Shown here: positions 27,222 through 32,000 of the stretch, piece by piece | Position numbering within the stretch: the first letter of the stretch is position 1 | Layout of the letters: each line of letters opens with the position of its first letter | Assembly (NCBI RefSeq): GCF_000621645.1 | Contig: NZ_JHXR01000016.1 | Location: 30,001-62,000 of the forward strand | DNA from: Vibrio cholerae ATCC 14035 | Lineage (GTDB): Bacteria; Pseudomonadota; Gammaproteobacteria; Enterobacterales; Vibrionaceae | Reading direction: 5' to 3' | DNA length: 32,000 nucleotides | Translations under genes and position numbers: made by a program | Notes under the pieces: generated by a model | What the model saw: the letters and a program-made list of their open reading frames with translations, nothing else | Databases searched by the model: none | Told to the model about the DNA's origin: nothing

Positions 27222-28706
27222 TTATTTTCTGCGGTTTTTCACCATGCTCATCAATCGCTTACGTTGTCGCTCTTGTGAGAGGGTCATTTTATTCGTCTTA
27301 CCTTCAAATGGGTTTTCGCTATTTTGGAACTGGATACGAATTGGTGTACCCATGATTTCTAGCGATTTACGGTAATAGTTCATCAAATAACGTTTGTATG
27401 AATCTGGCAGCTCGTTGACTTGGTTACCGTGGATAACGATGATCGGTGGGTTGTAACCACCCGCGTGTGCATATTTCAGTTTCACACGACGCCCACGCAC
27501 CATAGGCGGCTGGTGATCATCGGTGGCCATTTTCATAATACGAGTCAGTACAGACGTTCCCACACGCGTGGTTGCAGAGCGATACGCTTCTTGCACCGAT
27601 TCAAACAAGTGACCGACACCTGTGCCATGCAGTGCAGAAATAAAGTGGATGCGTGCAAAATCAACGAAACCCAGTCGACGGTCTAGCTCTTTCTTCACGT
27701 GTTCTTTGACGTCAAAACTCAGACCATCCCACTTATTCACCGCAATTACAATGGAGCGGCCAGAATTTAGGGCAAAACCAAGTAGGCTAAGATCTTGATC
27801 TGAGATGTTCTCACGCGCGTCGACCACCAACAATACCACGTTAGCATCTTCAATCGCTTGTAAGGTTTTGACTACCGAGAACTTCTCAACGGTTTCATTG
27901 ATACGCTTACGGCGACGCACGCCCGCAGTATCAATCAACACATATTCACGCTCATCACGTTTCATTGGGATGTAGATAGAGTCACGCGTGGTTCCCGGCA
28001 TATCGTAAACCACGACTCGCTCTTCACCCAGAATGCGGTTAGTCAGTGTTGATTTACCCACGTTTGGACGACCGATGATCGCGAGTTTAATCGGCAAGTC
28101 TTGCAGGCGCTTGTATTCGGCTTCCGCTTCTTCTTCGCTGTACTCTAACTGCTCTTCTTCTGGATCTTCTTCGTTGGTCAGATCTTCAAGTTGAGCTTGC
28201 TCAGATTCCATTTGCTCAGCAAACGGATTCAGCACACGGTCAATCAATGCGCCCACACCACGGCCATGCGCGGCGGCGATCTGGTACATCTGATCCATAC
28301 CGAGTTGCCAGAACTCCGCCGAAGCGGCATCCGCATCGATACCATCCACTTTGTTCACAACCAAAATTGCTGGCTTTTCAATACGGCGCAGATGCTGAGC
28401 AATCGCTTCATCTGCAACCGTCAGACCCGCGCGGCCATCCACCATAAACAGCACCACATCAGCTTCGTCAATCGCAGCGAGCGATTGCTGTGCCATTTTG
28501 GTCTCAACGCCTTCTTCAGAGCCATCGATACCGCCGGTATCGATCACGATAAATTCGTGCTCACCCAACTTAGCTTGACCGTATTTGCGATCACGCGTTA
28601 AGCCGGGAAAATCCGCGACTAATGCGTCCCGTGTGCGAGTGAGTCGATTAAACAGCGTCGATTTACCGACGTTTGGACGCCCAACAAGAGCAACAACAGG
28701 TACCAT
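27222..28706 (-). CDS. der: Ribosome-associated GTPase Der (EngA), with tandem GTP-binding domains
   Basis: 494 aa. It has two G domains ([14 protein letters not shown] and [14 protein letters not shown]), an acidic inter-domain linker and a KH-like C-terminus. It is collinear with E. coli Der. Confidence 0.98.
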   Translation of the reverse strand: MVPVVALVGRPNVGKSTLFNRLTRTRDALVADFPGLTRDRKYGQAKLGEHEFIVIDTGGIDGSEEGVETKMAQQSLAAIDEADVVLFMVDGRAGLTVADEAIAQHLRRIEKPAILVVNKVDGIDADAASAEFWQLGMDQMYQIAAAHGRGVGALIDRVLNPFAEQMESEQAQLEDLTNEEDPEEEQLEYSEEEAEAEYKRLQDLPIKLAIIGRPNVGKSTLTNRILGEERVVVYDMPGTTRDSIYIPMKRDEREYVLIDTAGVRRRKRINETVEKFSVVKTLQAIEDANVVLLVVDARENISDQDLSLLGFALNSGRSIVIAVNKWDGLSFDVKEHVKKELDRRLGFVDFARIHFISALHGTGVGHLFESVQEAYRSATTRVGTSVLTRIMKMATDDHQPPMVRGRRVKLKYAHAGGYNPPIIVIHGNQVNELPDSYKRYLMNYYRKSLEIMGTPIRIQFQNSENPFEGKTNKMTLSQERQRKRLMSMVKNRRK

Positions 28707-28841
28707 AACAACCTCTACAAACTTTCATTTATGTAGTTATAGGTAAACACTCTGTCACAAGCGCTAAATTTTTACCTATAACCACTTTCATTATCATCAT
28801 TATGATGGTCAGTTTCTCTCCATCAATCTGATGCCACTGGC

Positions 28842-28878
28842 AATAAAACGGCTCCTAACTGTTTCCAGCCAGGAGCCG
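28842..28878 (-). terminator. Rho-independent terminator of bamB
   Basis: The minus-strand RNA reads cggcuccu - 14-nt loop - aggagccg followed by uuuuauug. It lies 20 nt after the bamB stop. Confidence 0.7.
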
Positions 28879-28898
28879 CGTGTGAATCATATCACAAT

Positions 28899-30059
28899 TT
28901 ACTGTTGAATCGTCAGCTTCTTTATCTGGCCATTACGAGTCACGATGACGTAACCGTCATTCAGCGCGAGCGGACCCACTGCAAAGCCGCTGTCATTAAC
29001 CAGTTGCTGGGCAATAAATTCCCCGCTATTGCGATCAATCCAGTGCAGATAACCTTCCGCGTCACCGACCACCAAATAATCATCAATCATTTTTGGCGCA
29101 GTGAGCAAACGATGCTCTAACTGAGTATTACTCCAAAGCTCGGTACCGCTGCGGGTATCGACCGCTACCAGATGATCTTTATCGGTAACCAGATAAAGAC
29201 GGCTACCATCCGTCGCCATGTCGGTGGCTGACGAGTAATTGCGTTTCCAGATTGGCTGGCCTGAACGTAAATCGATCGCGATCAATTGCCCGTTAAATCC
29301 AACCGTAAACAACGTGCCACCGATGACCAATGGGGAGGCATCCACATCGACAAGGCGATCAATCTCGGTTGCACCTTTTGGCTGACCGACAGGTTGCTGC
29401 CAAATCAGTTGACCACGTTCAGCAATTGCCGCAGCCAGACGACCACTTGGGGTTCCCCAGAATACACCACCCGCAACCGCTGTTGGACGGCTATCACCGC
29501 GCAGCGTCAGGTTAGGCACTTCCGTACTGATCGTCCATTTCTGCGCCCCATCTTCTTGGTTAAGCGCAATCAGAGCACCACGGCTGGTGTTCACGATAAC
29601 GATGTTGTTATCTGCCGCGGGGGCGGCTAACACTTCACCTTCAATCGCTGAAGCCCATAGCGGTTCGCCGGTCTCTGCGTCTAAAGCATTGACTACGCCA
29701 TTTTCGCTACCAATGAATAATTTACCAAACGCTGCGGTAATACCACCGGACAAGCGTGCCGAGCCTTCAATCTCAAGATCCGTGGTCCAAATCACTTTAC
29801 CGTTTTGCGGATCAAGTGCTTTTACTACCCCATCTCGACTCGCCACGAAGACTTTGTCGTAAGCATAATCAGGAGCCAGTTTTGAGAAATAGTGCCCAAC
29901 ACCATCGCCCACCGAAGCGCTCCACAGCGTTTTCGGCGTAAATTCGCTTTTGACGATAGGCAACGGCGCCATAATGACGTTTTCTTCTTCACTAGCACAA
30001 CCCGCGAGCAGAGCTAACACACCCGCAGCGACCAGCACTTGATTGAACAGCTTCTTCAT
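28899..30059 (-). CDS. bamB: Outer membrane protein assembly factor BamB (YfgL), a PQQ-like beta-propeller lipoprotein
   Basis: 386 aa. Lipobox LLAGC-AS. Repeated beta-propeller blades are visible (ALDxxxGxxxW). The syntenic position between yfgM and der is conserved. Confidence 0.95.
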   Translation of the reverse strand: MKKLFNQVLVAAGVLALLAGCASEEENVIMAPLPIVKSEFTPKTLWSASVGDGVGHYFSKLAPDYAYDKVFVASRDGVVKALDPQNGKVIWTTDLEIEGSARLSGGITAAFGKLFIGSENGVVNALDAETGEPLWASAIEGEVLAAPAADNNIVIVNTSRGALIALNQEDGAQKWTISTEVPNLTLRGDSRPTAVAGGVFWGTPSGRLAAAIAERGQLIWQQPVGQPKGATEIDRLVDVDASPLVIGGTLFTVGFNGQLIAIDLRSGQPIWKRNYSSATDMATDGSRLYLVTDKDHLVAVDTRSGTELWSNTQLEHRLLTAPKMIDDYLVVGDAEGYLHWIDRNSGEFIAQQLVNDSGFAVGPLALNDGYVIVTRNGQIKKLTIQQ

Positions 30060-30071
30060 CAGGGAGTGCCC

Positions 30072-30686
30072 TTACTTCGCGAGATCATCCAGTTTCATTT
30101 GCAGAGTTTGGCTAGCATCCTCTGCCTGTTGCGCTTCGGTATAAGCGGCATAAGCAGCTGCACTATCCCCTTTACGCATCAAGATATCACCGCGCAGCTC
30201 TGCCACTCGGCCAGCCCAAGATTTCTCTTGAATGCTGGTTAGCTGAGTTAATGCGTCATCAAATTGGCCTTGCTCAGCCTGTAAGCGAGCAACACGGAAT
30301 GTCAGCAAAGGTTTCAGTGCAGCATCCTTGGTTGCTCCTTTTGCCCACTCCAATTGCGCTAACGCTTCATCCAGTTGACCCGCGTCCACTTGAGCTTTGG
30401 CTAACTGCATTGCAGCCAAAACTGCGTATTCGGTCTCTTTATTGGCATCAATAAAAGTTTGGATAGTGCCTTCTGATTCAATGCCTTTTGCCTGCAGTGC
30501 ATCCATCGCTTTGCTGTAGCTTTGCGATGCTGCTTCTTGCGCAGCAACCACAGAGTCTTGATAGTAGCGCCAGCCAAATAGGCCACCAAGACCAATTACC
30601 GCGCCAAAGATCACCGCTTTGCCGTTCTCTTTCCACCAATCTTTGATCGCTTCAACTTGTTGTTCTTCAGTATCGTAGAGTTCCAC
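30072..30686 (-). CDS. yfgM: YfgM-family TPR-like inner-membrane protein (ancillary SecYEG-associated)
   Basis: 204 aa. The N-terminus is MELYDTEEQQVEAIKDWWKENGKAVIFGAVIGLGGLFGWRYY, with a single transmembrane segment followed by a TPR-like region. It is collinear with E. coli YfgM. Confidence 0.9.
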   Translation of the reverse strand: MELYDTEEQQVEAIKDWWKENGKAVIFGAVIGLGGLFGWRYYQDSVVAAQEAASQSYSKAMDALQAKGIESEGTIQTFIDANKETEYAVLAAMQLAKAQVDAGQLDEALAQLEWAKGATKDAALKPLLTFRVARLQAEQGQFDDALTQLTSIQEKSWAGRVAELRGDILMRKGDSAAAYAAYTEAQQAEDASQTLQMKLDDLAK

Positions 30687-30722
30687 TTCCTGTCCTCTTA
30701 TTTAAAACGTGCTGCAGGAGAA

Positions 30723-31991
30723 TTAGGCTAAATGTGCCAGTAGTTTAGCTACTTCAGCTTGGGCAACAGTATTTTGCTCGCCTCCCGCCAAATCTTTTAC
30801 CACAACGGTTTGGGCTGCAACTTCATCTTCACCCAAAACCAAGGCAATCGCTGCGCCCACTTTATCCGCGCGTTTAAATTGCTTTTTAAAATTGCCGCCA
30901 CCGAAGTGAGTCATCACACGTAGGCCGGGCACTTGCTCACGTAACTGTTCCGCAAGCTTCATTCCCGCCATCATGGTGCCTTCACCTGCAGTAACCATAT
31001 ACACATCTACGCTGCGACGGACATCCGTATTACCGAGTGTTTCCATCATCAGCACTAAACGCTCTAGGCCCATAGCGAAACCTACCGCAGGGGTTGGTTT
31101 ACCGCCCAGTTGTTCAACCAAGCCATCATAGCGGCCGCCGCCACAAACGGTACCTTGCGATCCCAGACTTTCGGTGATCCACTCAAAAACCGTGCGGTTG
31201 TAATAATCAAGGCCGCGAACTAAACGTTGATTTACCGTGTATTCGATACCCGCCGCATCCAGAAGTTCACACAAGCCCGCAAAATGTTGTTTTGATTCAG
31301 CATCGAGATAATCAGAGAGCTGAGGGGCATCACCTAAAATCGCTTGTACATCAGGATTCTTCGAATCAAGCACACGCAGCGGGTTGGTGTACATGCGGCG
31401 CTTGCAATCTTCATCCAGTACGTTTTGGTACTGCTCAAGATAGTCAATCAAGGCGGTGCGATAATTAGCGCGAGCCTCTAGAGAGCCAATCGAGTTGAGC
31501 TCTAAACGCACATGTTGTGCAATACCCAATTCGCGCCACAGACGTGCCGTCATCATGATCAGTTCAGCGTCCACATCGGGGCCATCTAAACCAAACACTT
31601 CAACACCACACTGATGGAATTGACGGTAACGACCTTTTTGCGGACGTTCGTGACGGAACATCGGTCCCATGTACCACAAACGTTGCTCTTGGTTGTACAG
31701 CAAACCATTTTCGATACCAGAGCGCACACAGCCCGCCGTACCTTCAGGTCGCAGCGTTAAGCTATCACCATTGCGATCTTCAAAGGTGTACATCTCTTTT
31801 TCCACCACATCGGTCACTTCACCGATGGCGCGGCTAAATAGATGAGTCATCTCAACGATTGGCATACGAACTTCGCTGTAACCGTAAGCGCTGATTACAT
31901 TTTTCACCACGCCTTCCACTTTTTGCCAAAGTGGAGACTGGGTTGGGAGACAATCGTTCATGCCTCGGATTGCTTGAATAGTTTTTGCCAC
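30723..31991 (-). CDS. hisS: Histidine--tRNA ligase
   Basis: 422 aa. The N-terminus is [16 protein letters not shown]. Class II aaRS motifs are present ([35 protein letters not shown]). Confidence 0.98.
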   Translation of the reverse strand: MAKTIQAIRGMNDCLPTQSPLWQKVEGVVKNVISAYGYSEVRMPIVEMTHLFSRAIGEVTDVVEKEMYTFEDRNGDSLTLRPEGTAGCVRSGIENGLLYNQEQRLWYMGPMFRHERPQKGRYRQFHQCGVEVFGLDGPDVDAELIMMTARLWRELGIAQHVRLELNSIGSLEARANYRTALIDYLEQYQNVLDEDCKRRMYTNPLRVLDSKNPDVQAILGDAPQLSDYLDAESKQHFAGLCELLDAAGIEYTVNQRLVRGLDYYNRTVFEWITESLGSQGTVCGGGRYDGLVEQLGGKPTPAVGFAMGLERLVLMMETLGNTDVRRSVDVYMVTAGEGTMMAGMKLAEQLREQVPGLRVMTHFGGGNFKKQFKRADKVGAAIALVLGEDEVAAQTVVVKDLAGGEQNTVAQAEVAKLLAHLA

Positions 31992-32000
31992 AATTCTTAC

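Noticed and set aside
1-32000. Mobile elements, integrons, prophage genes, toxin-antitoxin pairs, defence systems, CRISPR arrays, tRNA or rRNA genes
   Set aside because: No transposase, integrase or recombinase-like ORF. No terminal inverted repeats flanking a gene block. No repeat-spacer periodicity. No tRNA-like cloverleaf candidates in the intergenic regions. All sizeable ORFs are accounted for by metabolic, transport or housekeeping functions.

Overview
This window looks like Vibrio cholerae chromosome 1. I identified it from the proteins and gene order, not from a database search, and it appears to be in reverse orientation relative to the usual locus numbering. No rRNA, tRNA, CRISPR array, transposase or integrase is visible.

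Gene content, left to right:
- A truncated LysR regulator, divergent from dadA.
- A sodium:alanine symporter.
- A secreted SdsA-type alkyl sulfatase with a LysR gene upstream of it.
- The well-known vibriobactin locus: vibD, viuC, viuG, viuD and viuP on the minus strand, then vibH (+), vibA (-), vibC and vibE (+), and vibB (-). Fur-box-like sites sit in the three promoter regions.
- satP.
- A secreted GH19 chitinase with two CBM5/12 modules.
- The conserved housekeeping block guaA, guaB, xseA, yfgJ, der, bamB, yfgM and hisS.

The most unusual element is not a gene. It is a 304-bp non-coding, AT-rich interval (25980-26283) between yfgJ and a lineage-specific alaX-like gene. It carries 7 GATC sites within 124 bp. 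By position it matches what I recall as crtS, the chromosome-1 site that binds the Chr2 initiator RctB and licenses Chr2 replication. That would make it already described rather than novel, but gene annotation alone would miss it.

Other points worth a second look:
- A perfect 27-bp-arm palindrome upstream of the sulfatase gene.
- An intrinsic terminator directly abutting the alaX-like ribosome-binding site.
- A long structured leader for vibB.
- A LysR gene sitting 15 nt behind vibD.

Many ORF-track entries are antisense shadows of real genes. Several others have N-terminal extensions starting at TTG or GTG, which I trimmed.
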